This document shows positions 49,787-63,518 of a stretch of 64,000 bases of DNA, piece by piece. The notes under the pieces were generated by a model. That model saw nothing but the letters and a program-made list of their open reading frames with translations, ran no database searches and was not told the origin of the DNA. How positions within the stretch are numbered: position 1 is the first letter of the stretch; every line of letters starts with the position of its first letter. Both the position numbers and the translations under genes were made by a program. Origin of the DNA: Felis catus (Eukaryota); contig NC_058368.1 in NCBI RefSeq assembly GCF_018350175.1, positions 46,874,001 to 46,938,000 on the forward strand. The letters are read 5' to 3'.

Positions 49787-49879
49787 AAAAATACCTACTG
49801 ATACAAAATACTTTTTTCAGTGATGGTTCTAACCCTACAAATATTAAGCTTTAAAAAATTAACTTAATAGGATAAGTAA

Positions 49880-50410
49880 TGAAGAGGAAAGTACTGGCTT
49901 TGGGATTAGAAACTCTCAGTACATTTTCCAACTCTGCCACTTAAAAACTGTATGATTTCAATCCCAGCACTTAACCTCGATAATCTCATGTATATCCATT
50001 TGTAATTACAATTCTCAAATGTGGTAATACATGTAAAAATTTTCTGTGAGCTCTATCTTATTTTTATTTGTCATCATTAATCTCATCTCAGGAAAAAACA
50101 CTTCTAGACTAAAAAGCTTTCTTGCATGTTAGAAGTTTTTATTTCAAGTTTCTCTCCTTGGTTATATCTGTTTTTGGAATGGCTATAAAAGCTGTTTTGA
50201 TTTCCAAACAAAATATTACCAGATACTTATTTAGCTTTCACTACAATCTTGCTGCATAGGTAGCAGTTTGATTCTGACTTAAACAGTGGAGAAACTGAGG
50301 CCCAGAGAGATTTATATGACTCAACCAAAGTTCCACAGCAAGGAAGTAGGGGAATCGGGATATAAACTCAGGATGCCTGGCTTAAGTATATCAGTTCCTA
50401 ACTATGAACA
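49880..50410. mobile_element. Two MIR fragments (+ about 49880-50060; - about 50230-50410)
   Basis: ACTCTGCCACTTA...CACTTAACCTC; GAGAAACTGAGGCCCAGAGAG...CACAGCAAGGAAGT. Confidence 0.65.
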
Positions 50411-50615
50411 TTTAACACCTTCTTAAAAACTTCTCTAAAGGTGCAACTAGTCACAGAAAATGCTTTGAGAAGATGCTCTTACACCCAGCTGGGAAAGCAT
50501 AACTTGGAATTGATATCCCTTGGACTTCACACTTTTTGACGCAAACTTGAGGACACTGGTTTGACTTCTGGGTTGTCTCTCATTAAATATAAAATTAGTA
50601 CTTTCCACTCTTTCC

Positions 50616-50713
50616 TTTTTTTTTTTTAAATCTGTAGGACCATTATGGGACTTGAACTCATGACCCTGAGATCAAGAGTCACGTGCTTTACTGACTGAAC
50701 CAGCCAGACACCC
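50616..50713 (-). mobile_element. Short tRNA-like CAN-SINE (SINEC_old-type, lacks the CT linker)
   Basis: Reverse complement reads GGGTGTCTGGCTGGTTCAGTCAGTAAAGCACGTGACTCTTGATCTCAGGGTCATGAGTTCAAGTCCC...poly(A). TSD TTCCACTCT at 50603-50611 and 50714-50722. Confidence 0.85.
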
Positions 50714-52687
50714 TTCCACTCTCCCAGATCCTTAATGGACAACACATTCCCTACATGGTCTTCCAAGTCTTGATACATCTTTAGATTTAAAGGACCTCAA
50801 AACTACAACAAAGTGAAATAAGCATTAGATACAAATAAACTATTATTTATGTGGGGAAGTTTGTAGTATTTTGACCATTTCTTTTTAATGTAGACCATGA
50901 GGCTCATGAGTCTAACTCAGAAATAACCCATTTCCCTGAGATTCTGTGTAGCTGCCCCAGCTTCTTGGAATCTATCCAAGGATGGCTGAAGTCTAAGAGA
51001 TTGTGCAGCATGGAGCCATCCCACAGTGTGTGGTGAAGTCATCCACAGTCCTGCTTGTAGCTTGGACAGTCTCTTGAATGACACAGAATAATATCTCTCC
51101 ACAAGGAGCAGCTGTTATCTAATCGATGCAGTAGATTGAGAAACAAGCTTCTTTCCAAGATGGTTAGCAGTTGCAACAGTTAATATTGACACGCTCTTAC
51201 TTTTGTATTCTTTTTTATTCATGATGTTTTCTCAACATCGCCTCTTCAATACCAATTCAAAGGGGTGGCACACTGAACTTTGGGTATGCTGTGACCTACA
51301 CTGTGCCCATTAAAGAAAGTTCACAAGAGGGATTGCATTTTATAGTGTGATTTATCGGCTTATTTAAGTAGGAAGAAATTCAATATGTAACTTATGGCAC
51401 CCCGTTAAGGTAAAGCGAGGGTCACCATGATCGTTTCTCCACCATATCAATTCCTCAGGAATGCCAAACAATGCAAACTCACCCCCAATATTTCTGAGAG
51501 TTCCCAGGGCGTGCTTCATATGAACTTCACTTCCCAATCCCGCTGTTCACCTACTGCCAGGCGGTGGTGGCTATTCTCCTCTGCACTCCTTTCCGTTGGC
51601 TGATATCTCCTTTCTCGACTGATGCTCTCTCAAGGCACCGCCACTGTTGCTGATGCCAATCAGCATCTGGGTCAGATGGCTTTTCCCAAGTTTGCCAGCA
51701 CTACAGCTCTCAGTGCTGCTGAGGCCTCTGTCTTTCAATTTCCCATAGAGGTTCTAGTGAAACCATTCTTTAAGTGTTTACTTGCTCTTATGTTATAGAT
51801 CCACCCTCTCAATCCTTCTTAATGATGTCACACTGCTATGATCAGACTGTATCCTCTCCTTCCACTCAATCCCACTGCCCCCATTTATTCCCTAAATCTA
51901 AGTGTTTCCCCAGTAAGCTCATCATTTACATGGGCCTGGGCAGGTATTACCTTGCAATTTTCCAGATGTGCCAGATTCGCTTGAATCTTAAGGTGAATGC
52001 CATTTACGCTCCAGTTTTCTGTATCGCTAACTAAAGAGGCCAAGTTTCCATAACCCGGTAATGCAACAGTCATAATGAAAATGTATTTCCTTATTATGTA
52101 AGGGCTGTTTATGAAATCCCAGTACATTTCTCACAGCCAGATTAAACATTTTATTGCCTTTATTTTTCATCAAGTATGCAAATTCTTTTTAGCAGGTTTC
52201 ATTTTTGATTTAAAACCATTTTTCATGAAAAACTAAATCATTTACGGCCATATGGTCTCATGACAATGCATAGTTAAGAAAAACTCAGTGAATTTCATAC
52301 AGGAATGCCTCTTTGATGTCCTTTCAAGTGAAAGAAATGCACTTTCTAGCCATAAGTGAGCTGCTTTAAGAAGGAACTCTTAAATGTCGATAAACATGTA
52401 ATGTGGGTACTTGCCAAAGAGAAAAGATGTAGGTCAGCACCATCTCCTTCCTTTTATAGAAAAAAGAGTTATGGTTTGGTTCCTAGCAGGAAGGGTCAAA
52501 ATGATGTACTCCCATATGCTATTTTAGATATGGAAGCAAAAATAAAAAAGACATGCTAGGGAAGCTGCAAGATGAATCAGGAACTGGCAGCAATAACATG
52601 TGATCTGTCAGTATTTGGGGCTGACACGTTTCACATGGTTTCTTTCCTGGATGCGAGGAGTTCAGGCAAAATTGCAGGAACTGACGA

Positions 52688-53250
52688 TAATAAAAATAGC
52701 TGTCATTTCCTGAGGACCTACTATGTAGTGGGCACTTTGGTATGAACTATCTTAACTCATTTGGGCCTTATATCTGTATTCAAAAAGCATGTTGACATTC
52801 CCACTTACACACAAGGAAACCAAGGCTCATGGAGGAAAAGTAACTTTCCTAAGGGCTTATAGCTAGTAAATGGCAATGCTGGGGTCTGAGCTCAGCTATG
52901 CTTGACTTCAAGGCCTGCCTCTTCTGGCGGTTCTAGGTTGCCTTTCAGTAAATAAGTAAATGAAAAAAATAAATAATTTGAGCTCTTGGGTCCCCTTTAT
53001 TCTGGCCACCTCCCACCTGGAATACTCAACCAATCAGAAAACAAGTACCAAACAATCAGGAAGTAGTGTGGCAAAGTTCTAAAAAACACCTATATGGGGA
53101 GTCACCAAGGCTTGAATTTGAATCGCAGGACCATCATTGATTACCTGTGTGATCTCGAGAAACTATTTAATCTGCTTAAGTATGTATTTCCTCTTCTGAA
53201 AATGACCATAGTAACCCTATTCTCAAAAGACTCCTAAGGAATTTACTTAT
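52688..53250. mobile_element. Two MIRs (- about 52688-52925; + about 53058-53250)
   Basis: ATAGCT...ACCTACTATGT...AGGAAACCAAGGCTCA...TAGCTAGTAAATGGCA; TTTGAATC...CTGTGTGATCT...TTTCCTCTTCTGAAAATG. Confidence 0.72.
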
Positions 53251-53952
53251 GTGGTGTATATGTCATCTGACCTTATTCCTTTGAGATCATGTTAACATTA
53301 GCTGCTACTGGAGTCCACCTGCATGACCAAAGTCAGTATCCTCTCAGTTATTTCTGAGAGCCCCATTTCTGCCCCAAATCATATGCTTGTGATCAAATCT
53401 TGCCATGGCCTCTTTTTCCTTCTTTCCATGAGAGGACTCCTCTTCCAGACTCAGCCCTCCTCAGCTAGGAGCATCCCTAATACCAAAGGCAGCACTATGG
53501 CTTGTGGCAGAGTTAGGAAGAAAATAGCTTTTTCCTAGTGTTGGGATATATTTTATTATGTGAGCCTCTGCAGCAGGCTTTTGTTTCCTGCCCAGAACAC
53601 AACATCTTTCACGAATACAAGTTATGCATTTATTGTTTCTAAATCATTTCTTTGGACTGTAGAGCCAACTTCTCCAGCTAGCAGAGGACAGGTGCCCTGC
53701 ATCCCCCAAGCATTATTCGCATCCTCCCTCTTTCTTTTCATCTTCCTTCTACCCACGTCCATTCCTTTGTCTTTAGCCAAAATGTAAAAGTCCTTTGCAT
53801 ACTTACTTTCATAAGGACGTACCAGGTCACTAGCTCATGCATTTTGCCAGTCTAGACTCTGAATCCCAGTTTGGCTCAACTCAACCTGATAAGGAAATGC
53901 TATAGCACAATGCCTGTTACATGGCAATTACTCAGTAAATGCCAAATGCCTT

Positions 53953-54195
53953 TTCTTTTTTTCTTTTTCTTTTTTTTAAAGTTTATTTAGTTTTTGAGAG
54001 AGAGAGAGCATGTGTATGCATAAGAGCTGGGGAGGCACAGAGAGAGAGAGGGAGAGAGAGGATCCCAAGTAGGCTCCATGCTGTCAGTGCGAAGCCTGAC
54101 GCAGGGTTCCACATGGGATTCAATCCCACCAACTGAAATCAAGAGTCTGAAATCAAGAGTCAGCTGCTCAACCGACTGAGCCACCCAGGCACCCC
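53953..54195 (-). mobile_element. CAN-SINE with internal rearrangement
   Basis: TSD CCAAATGCCTT / CCAATTGCCTT; internal duplication CTGAAATCAAGAGT x2. Confidence 0.93.
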
Positions 54196-54849
54196 ACCAA
54201 TTGCCTTCTAATCCTGGCATTATGTTTGGACCTTCAGAGATTTAAAGCAATGCAATCTGGATGCTCTAGGGTGTGACTGTTGAAGGTAGTGTTATGAATA
54301 TAGTATAAAGAAAGAAAATTATCACTACAAACGCCTGCTGTTAAGTATACAAGCATCAGGACATGGCAACAGGCTAAAGGTCCTACAAAAAGACTAAATA
54401 AATGTTAGATATGAACATTCTACATTGAGAGATAAAGAGAGTTTTTCCTTGTCTTCTTATTTAAGGGAGATATTCATGCGGAAGTGTGGATTTCAGAGAC
54501 TGATTAGTGAAGGTATTAGAGGCTGCATCCATTCATGGAAAAGGATCTAAGGACTAGGTGAAACCTAACAAATATTTGAAGTGAAGTACGATCATCCAAG
54601 AAATGGGAACAGACAGAAAAGCGTGGGAAAGTAGAGAAGTGAGGCAAAGAAAGATCACCTCTACTTTATACTGATGGTGAATATGACCTTGAAGCAGAGT
54701 GTTCTGGCCTAGGGGATAAACAGAAGTGATGGAAGAGGTACAAAGGGAGAAACTGTCATCAGGACAGGGGTAGAAAACTTGTATCCTGAGTTGAGAGTAA
54801 GGGTATTTGAGAAGCAGAGAATCTGATTACTTCAATGGAAATAATATAG

Positions 54850-55230
54850 AAAAATAATGCATTCTTCTCAAAATGCAACCCTCATGTCACTATTCTTCCT
54901 TAACATCTAATGCCTCTCATTACTCCCTGAATCCTTAATATGGCCTTCAGTGTCCTGCTTACTCCAGCACCTACCTAACTCTCCAGCCTAGAAGCACAGT
55001 TCTTTCAGCTCCTGGAATGTGTTGTCTTTTTAAATCAGAGCCTTATTCATACTGCTCCCTTCCACCAACACTTGGCTTCTGCTCTTGGCTGTACTGCTAA
55101 CTAACTGCTGGCAACCTCTTACAAGTCACTTCAAGTGTCTGAGCCACAATATCTTCATCTTCTTAGAAGGAGTGGGGTAGGAATATCTCTAAATTCCTCT
55201 CCAGATCAAATATTGCATGGATCTGTGAAT
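54850..55230 (+). mobile_element. L2 fragment followed by a MIR3-like fragment
   Basis: CATGTCACT...TCCTTAATATGGCCTTCAG...CTTTCAGCTCCTGGAATG; CAAGTCACTT...CTGAGCC...TCTCTAAATTCCTCTCCAG. Confidence 0.6.
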
Positions 55231-57447
55231 ATTCAGAAGAATGTTATTAGCATAATTCCAGGCTCAGGGAAAAGGGAAGGTAATTGACATTTATTAAGAG
55301 GCCACTGTAATGCTTTGTTTTGACCTAGCTAGAAAAAGGCATGCTTCACTTATAGAATTTCTCCCATTACAGGTGTTATAAGGAAGGAACATGTATCATT
55401 ATAGGGGGTACAAGGAGATGGTAAAAATGTTGTCTTTAAAATTTTGTTTACTAAGTGTATGTAAGTCAATAAAGAAACCATTTCGATTGTAACTGCCAAC
55501 CCAGCAGTCAATACTCTTGACTGTAGTTTTGACAAATTGACCCTCTTCCTTTAAATATTTGTATAACCCAATGTGTTTACTCTGGTTGCCTTCTGGAGAT
55601 CACTCGAACCTTCTCAAACCCTTTGGTCTACTTCTTTCACTAAGATTAGGAAATCAAAATTATTTTCAACTGATCTTCATGTATATGTCGTATGTCTATT
55701 TCTCATTTTATTTTCTGGTCTAGAGATTGTACCACGTCTTCAACGATATCAGTTCTCAGGAAGGAGTTAGCCAGCATGGCTTGTGAATGTGAGGAGGGAT
55801 GGACTGTGGGAGAAGAGGAAAGGATGAGAGTGTATGGAGTCAGCCCCAGGAAAAGTCATCCCCAGAAAGAGTCCAGTTATCACAGCTTGCGGTAGATACA
55901 GGTCGTGGAAACATAGCAGAAGAACTCACTCATCTGATAGAGTTGAACGAAGGTCCAATTCAAAAGTGTAGGCAGATGTAGTGCTGATGGTCAAGAGCAG
56001 AAGGGGGTGTAGAAAACCACAACTGTCCACTCAAATCAGGGAAAGAGATACCAGAAATCAACTGGATGGAGATGTGGGAACATAGCCAAATGGGGGGAAA
56101 GCAGGGACTGAGACAGGCACAGAAGATAAGGACTCTTTCTCTAAAACAAACAAAAACCATAAGTTCTTCCTCCTCAGTACTTCCTGTCTCATAGACATTT
56201 TATACCCATCTCTCCTTTCCACCTCTGATTTATGTGAGAAAATGTATATTATGCCACATGTAAACTAAGGACATACCCGTGAATAGAAAATAAAGTCAGT
56301 CGTTTAATTCCTTTATTTTGCCAGACAAATATTTCTTTAAAAAAATGGATAGCACAATTAATATAAATGGGATTATTTAATTCAGCCATAGTATAGAAAT
56401 GCTAATAATTTTATTAATATTACTCATTTAAAATTCAGCATTAATTCTGAATTTTGAAGTAGGTGCAAACTGAGTGACCCTAACAACGATATGGGGCTCT
56501 TCAATAACATATGCAAACAGGAATTAATGGATAAAGGTAGTATGGAAATAAGACTCCCAGTATGGTGATAAGAATCTTAAAGTCTGTCCACCTTCTTACA
56601 GTATTGGTTCTAGGACAACCTTTTCCTGATTTGATAATCCTGTTTTACTCAGTGTTGAGAAGAAGAAATAACAATAAATCAGAACACACTATCCCTATCT
56701 TTAAAAAAAAAGATCCTAGCTAGGTTCATGAGGTTTAAAATCCTACGTTCTTGATCCCCACAGTAGGATGTCAGTTCACTACAAAAGGATGAATTTTGCC
56801 AGTGATTCATGTTGGCAAACCAATTAGAATGAAGCCTAACTCAAAGTCACTTCTACCTGTTGTTCTTTTTGTGATGGAGGTGTCCAACATTTATCTATGC
56901 TTTAGGGCACAGAAATCTGAGGATATGAGTTCTTCGGGTTATCTATTTCAGAGGAGTTAAAACTGTCCTTTGAGAAAAATTATGGCCTTTTCCAGACATA
57001 AACCCCTGCACCACCTCTAGTGAATTTCTCATTGCCAAAGCAAGGATACTTGTGAAACTCTTCAGTTGTCTAAGCTTTATCTAATTTGCTACTTGAGCAG
57101 TTGTTAAGTAAGAGATGTATACCTTTATTTAATCAATAGCTCAGAAGACGGGCACTTGAGGCCTTCATGAGCAAATTCAGCTTAATTTGACTGTGATAAA
57201 CTATTTGCCAAAAGCTCAGTGGAAATGCTGATTTTTGAAAGGAAAGAGGGTTTATTAAGTAAGAAGGGAGGGTGATGGCAGAGTGAAGCATTTGAGAATC
57301 ACCTTGAGTGTTTTTGCAAATTCTACCCTGGCAGCTGAAAACCTGATACATAGGGTGACTCCTTCCCAGCCTCGCCCTTTCTCATTCTCTTGTCTCTCCC
57401 AGCCCAAGGCTTAACTCCCCAAGGTAAGGCCATAATCACCTCTTCAG

Positions 57448-57502
57448 ACATACAATTACCGATACTACATACAATTGCTGATAACATACAATTACTGTTA
57501 CT
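57448..57502. repeat. Degenerate 17-19 bp tandem repeat, 3 copies
   Basis: ACATACAATTACCGATACT / ACATACAATTGCTGATA / ACATACAATTACTGTTACT. Confidence 0.9.
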
Positions 57503-59505
57503 ACGGCAATCCTAGTCCTCAAGTTTTAAGGGGGCCATTAGAGGCCCATAACTGAAAATACTGTGGTCCCCACTGACATTAGTTCAAAACAAAGAAAACT
57601 TTAGTAGTCTAAATAAAAATGAAATGGTTCAAAATGAGAGAATTCACACATGCAGAAATTAAAACAGTATTTTGCCAGATTTTTCTTCTTGATTCTCTTT
57701 TTTTCCCTATGCTTAGCCTGTCAGGTTATCCAGCATCGGTTGGGGCAGAAATATTTGAAGACCATTGATCTAAGGGATGTTAACTCTCTATTCCTTCAAA
57801 GTTCTCCAAATGCTATTACTGACCTAGGTGAGGGCATCTGAAAGTAATATACCTGGACTATATTATCTTATTTTCTGGAAAAATGCCTTCGCTGAATTAT
57901 GATTTAATTTTATGCCCTCAGCTTTTACAAAAGGTCATTTTTGAAGAATAGTCATTCATCCATTTGGAGAGCCATTCCGTATCTTTTGCAAAAGCTAGTG
58001 AAAGACTTTGAACATCACGTAACTGAAAGTGTCTTATATAAGGATTAGTATGGCATATTTTCCCCATAATTTAGAGAAGGAAAATATTTTTTCTTTCTAG
58101 TTCGTATTCTGCATATGGGGGAACCAATGTGTTTTCCTTTTTCATTTGTTTAAAAGGGCAAAATTAATTTTAGTTTTTTATTGTTGCAACCAGCTCACCT
58201 TCCCAAAGGAAAAATGTTTCTCTCCACTCAGGATAAAATCGAATTCTGTGTCTCCTTAGCAATGGTTTACCTTTCATCTGATGGACACTGAGTCTCAACC
58301 CATCATTTCCCTCTTTACATCACCTTCAAGAAAATTGAGGCCAATTTTGTGCCCCCACCTCCCACCAGGGTACAAGGCTTAATGAGGCACATTTTGTTTA
58401 GCCATCTTTGCCAGATCTATCTCATTCCCCACCCTCTCTTTGCTATTGCCACGTGCCCCATACACAGGTCTAGAATAGTGCATCTGACCACATTGTTAAT
58501 GTCTTTGTAAAAGACATTTGTAAACCTCCTCCACTTCTTATTGTTTAAGGCAAAATAAATGAACAGTTACATAATTTTAAACAGCCATCTCACATTTTTG
58601 TTACATTCATTCTTCTTATAATTATTTATGAAATTTCCATTTTTATTTTCCCATTTTAAAATTGTACGATTCCTTTCTGAAAGTAGGCATGGGTATGACA
58701 GTATTTTAAAATGTAATGACAAAATAATAATCGCAGGAATAGTGGGATGAAGAGTTATAAAGGAGAGAGAGGCAAAGACTGGTTTCGTAAGTAGGCTGAG
58801 AGAATGATAAAAGCATGTGGCTCAAGCTTGAGAGAAATTGTGAAAAAATATGGAGGACACACAAGCATGACTAATTTTTATTGATGAGATATTCTCCAGT
58901 TCTCCCTTCTTCTGATTTTCTTTGTCTTGTTTTTTTTTTCCCCAGATGCAATTTCTTTGTTGAAATCTCTACATTTACTACCCTATTTCTTCTTTCTTTA
59001 ATCCAATTCTAAGTATTAAAAATACTCTTAACTATGGACACACTCCAGTTTAAATCAAGAAAATGTAGGTAATGCAATACAACTCCATAGTAGCCACATA
59101 GCTAAACTTCAATTCCCCTTGGAAATATGTGCCTTGGTACAGTGTTGACCACAAGATGCCTCACCAGACCAAACTCATTTTACCGTTGAGAAACCATTCT
59201 CCTAGTCACGTGTGGAGACATGAATGTGGGCCTGAAGCTCACAGCACCTGCACATAAAGACGACATACTTTAGCATGAGGCTATGCAAATTAATAAGATG
59301 AAGAATAATGATAATAACTAATGAGAACCAATGAAGATGATGTAATGGGGGGAAAAATACAGCTATAAGGATTTGTGAGGATAATCAATGAGATGATTTG
59401 GTAGGGCTAAATATTTCGTAATTTGTTTGTGTCGCTATATCATGGCTTCCTCCAGAAATACCATAGTGGCTTTCCTCTCAGCATTTTGGAGGTTACCGTC
59501 TATAC

Positions 59506-59742
59506 CAGTGGTTCTCAACACGCAGTGAGGGGAGAGGAGGAGCAACAATTCTGCTCCTCAGGGGACAGTTGATAATGTCTGGAGACTTTTCTGGTTGTCA
59601 CAGCTTGGGGAAATGGTCCTAATGGCATCCAGTGGGTAGAGGCCAGGGATGATACCGAGCATCCTATAATTCACAGGACAGCCCCCATGACAAAAAATTA
59701 TCAGGCTCAAAATGTCAACAGTGCCAAGGTCAAGAAAAACTG
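59506..59742 (+). mobile_element. MER20 (hAT-Charlie), full length
   Basis: CAGTGGTTCTCAAC start; CAGGGGACA, AATGTCTGGAGAC, GGCATCCAGTGGGTAGAGGCCAGGGATG, CAGGACAGCCCCC; ends GAAAAACTG. Confidence 0.92.
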
Positions 59743-62700
59743 CTCTGCATTAACCCTGTGTGGTTCTGCTTCCACAGTCAGTCATTTAGCATTTTATTGT
59801 GCATCACACTCTGTCCACAATCCCTGCTCAATGGAGAGCACATCGTTGTATGAAACATAGTCGGCCTCCTCATGAGGGTCACAGTGTCACCCAGCATATA
59901 ATACGCAAAACACAAGTGATAAGTACAATTAGGGTGACTCTTTTTTTTTAGTGTTGCATGAATACAGAAAGGGAGAGATCATTCATTGCTCACATGGCAG
60001 AGATATGGGAAATTTTCAGGCATGAGTAGGCATTTGAATAAGGTTTTGAAGACTGAGGAACTATGGCTACATTATGTAAGTATTATATGACTACACAAAA
60101 AAGGATTTCCTCTCAACAACATAAACACTTAAAACACCAAGTTTCTCTCATTTATATTGCAATGAGAAAACACATATGAACAAAATTTCTATTCCTGTTA
60201 TTTATTTCTGTTGTATAAGAAAAAAGACACATGGAGATGTCCTATATTATTCAATATGTCACCTTGGAATTCTCTACTCTCCGTTGGCCCAAGGGACCCT
60301 TACTGATGATCTTGAACTACATTCAGGAGCATTTGAAATCCACCTGACCAAAAGGTGATTTTTTGCACTTCTGTGTTAAATCCGATCGGCCAAGGAATGC
60401 ATCCCTACTTTTCAATCAGCTGCAGCAGTTTCATTGAGAGAACAAAGTCTACACACAGGTGGCCTGGCTTATGCACGAATTTCTTGTACATTTGATCTTT
60501 ATGAGAATACCAAGAGTATATTTTAATTTTCATTTGAGGGAACTGAATAACCTACATGTTTACTTGCATTGGCATTATGTTTACGGAAACAAGATTAAGA
60601 CATTCCAGGCTCCTCACTAGATAAAAATAGCATGTGCATGCTTTGGAAACAGTAAGATTCAAATAGAATAATAAGCCAGAGGTCAATCACACGGAGACTC
60701 ATCCAAGAGAGCACTCTAAATTAAAGATTTGTGGGAAAGGGAATCAAAAACTCCTCTTTTGTCGGAGATCTTTTAATCATTCTAGAATACAAGCTGTCTT
60801 TCTGAAAGTATATATTTGAATAATCTCAGCAGCGATGGAAAACATAATAAAGCATATTCTCCCATTGATGCTGACGTGCTAAAGATCTCCTTCTCTAATC
60901 ATAGCATTTATGTGTTTTATAAATATGGACAGACATTATGAGCTATAACTCAAATATACATTTGTAAAAAGGAAAAGGTTAAACTGTACATATTTAATAA
61001 CGTCTTATAAGATTGCATGTGTTTCTTGTTTTATGAACCGCATTGTTCAATATCTTACAAGCTGCACTTTAATCCCAATAACATTTTTTTAAGTGGAAAT
61101 GACATTAGGACTTGAAGTGGCACAGCAGACCTGGCCCCCCTATGCTGGTGCGTCAGCTGTTTCCAACCTGCCGATACAGATCTGCATTCGAGTGTCGCAA
61201 CCCGGGTCACCCAGTGCTCGGGTTGCTACCTATGAAAAGTAATAACTCTCCCAACCGCCTGGCCAGATAAATATCTGATTAGAGAGGGGTCGAAATGAAT
61301 CTGAAGATGGCGTGTCCGCACCGAAATGTGAAACTGCTGTCGCTCTGGGCTTCCAGCAAGGCTGGAGGAAGACTGGAGAATGAATGTAGGCCACACAGAA
61401 AAGGAAGCCGGCCCCGGCAAAATGATGAGTCTCAAACTGTCCAACTTTTCAGTTGTGTGTTTTTTAGATGTTAAATATGGTTCAGAAGATTAAAGTCTTC
61501 ATTTTAGGCAAAGAAAGGAAATAATGTTTCCTGTCCCATTTGCCAAGCTAAGTGAACAACTGTTCCTGCACAATTAGAATTGTTAATTGATTTGAAAACA
61601 TAGGGCTTTGAAGGTGGAAAACTGCTGACATTATTTCAATGGGGAAATGCACTCCTGAGAGAGAGCACTGCAGTACAATTTCTCTCCTTGTTTTGTTGAA
61701 TATACATCTATAAAAACACTGTGAATCATGCAGTAAAAACTGCTGTGCTGATATCATAAATCTCTGATAATAAAAATTTCATTGTTGAAACAATAAAATA
61801 GACTTTTATTATAACACAGAGTATCCACCTAAACATTGTCCTTTTAGCTTCTTCGAGTTAAATGTATGCACAGTTTTACAGTCTATAAACAGATCTGGAA
61901 TAAAAGTTAATAAATGTCAAAATTTGCATTTCAAAAAATTCTTGCTGCATTTTAGGGAAGATCAATCTATGAACCTTTCAACATTATGTCAAATGAAATG
62001 CTAATTGTACCTTTAGGAATTTCAGAGACAGTGACAAGAAACTAAATGCTCTGTTCCTTTGCATCAGCAAGTCGAGGATAATTGTATATCTACTCTTGTG
62101 AACTTCTAAGAAAAAAAAAGAAAAAAAAACTAAGAAAAAAGGGTTTTCTATTCTTTAACTCAGGAGGGTAAACTCTTTCAGCCACCCTCCATCAATCTAC
62201 CTTCAAATAAAGTGTGTTAACATGTTGACAGTGGACAAATCACACAGTGCTGCATTTATTCATTTTATAATAGGTTTGTCAAATGAGCTTCAGTTAAAGA
62301 GATTTAGGAGTAAGAAAAATTTTCAGCCAGAAACAACCGACTTATTCCATTCAAAGTGATGTAAGGTATAAAGGGGGTACTTCTTAAAAGCCTAATCTTT
62401 ATTAAAACGCACAATTTTTGAAGGCTAAGTCACAAAAATAAATATCAGGAGCCCAAAAAGTGCTTTTATTTTCTCTACCCTTAAGATAAAGAACTAATAC
62501 ATCCCTTCTCCTTTCTGTAATAAATCGTAGCACTGAATCTCTAAGAGATACAAATTATCCTCTATACTGTCTTACAAGTGTGAGTATAGATAGAGCCAAT
62601 GAGCAATGTTATCTAGAAAATAGCACTTAGTGTAAGGTTTGTGCCATTTTTTTGAACATTATCCTATTTGTGGCACTGCCTTCATTTCGGAGTCAGGCTG

Positions 62701-63400
62701 CTGAAATATTTGGTACACACCCGAGCAGTGAAAAACGAAGGGCCGTGCAACTGAAAAGCGGCTCAGGCTGTTAACCTGCAGTGTTTGGTCACCTATCACC
62801 ACTTTAAAAGTAAAATAGGCATTTTCACCTTCTTCAAAGACCGTTATAGATAGTGTTGAGTCAAAAGCCAAGACTGTTTGCCTCCACATTCCTGGATTTC
62901 TGCGTTGTCTATTGATATGTATTAGGAATATGAAGCAAAAGCGCTTCAAACGTTTAAAAGACTTCATTTACAAAGTATATTACACAGGGCCATTTTCAGG
63001 CTGGCCCCGGACAGCCGATTTGTAATCCTGCTGCTCATAGGAAAGAAAAACACCGAGCATTCTCACACCACAGCCACGATTCGATTTAATAAATCCTGTG
63101 TTTTAAAAAATTCAGATGGAAATAATACATATTTCTTGCTCTACTAGACGACTCCACTTTGTCTTATACAAACCCTAAGTTGCCTAAAAACATTATATTT
63201 TCTGTCTGAATTTAGTCCACAGATTTTTCACTTAGTTCGTGAATATATTGTATTTCTAATCCTGTTAATCCTTAACAAAACTTGGAATTCTCTGCAAGCC
63301 AACAAAAATAAAAATAAAAATATATTTAATGAAAATATGCAAAGGCATTAGCAGAGACATTAATAAACATTATCACGAAAGGGCAGCTTCAACTTACTTG

Positions 63401-63518
63401 AGACGTCAATAATTTCTGTGTAGTGAGCCACTCTCCGTGATGACCCATTATGAGCGTCCTCTCGCACACGTGACTTGCATGATTGGACATGGATTCTATT
63501 TAATTCATGGGTATAAAG
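63401..63518 (+). promoter_or_regulatory. Candidate core promoter or enhancer motif cluster
   Basis: CRE-like AGACGTCA (63401), E-box CACGTGAC (63467), inverted CCAAT as ATTGG (63482), TATAAAG (63512). Motif evidence only. Confidence 0.25.

Noticed and set aside
62659..62967. 102-aa minus-strand ORF
   Set aside because: No recognisable family or exon boundaries; length compatible with chance.
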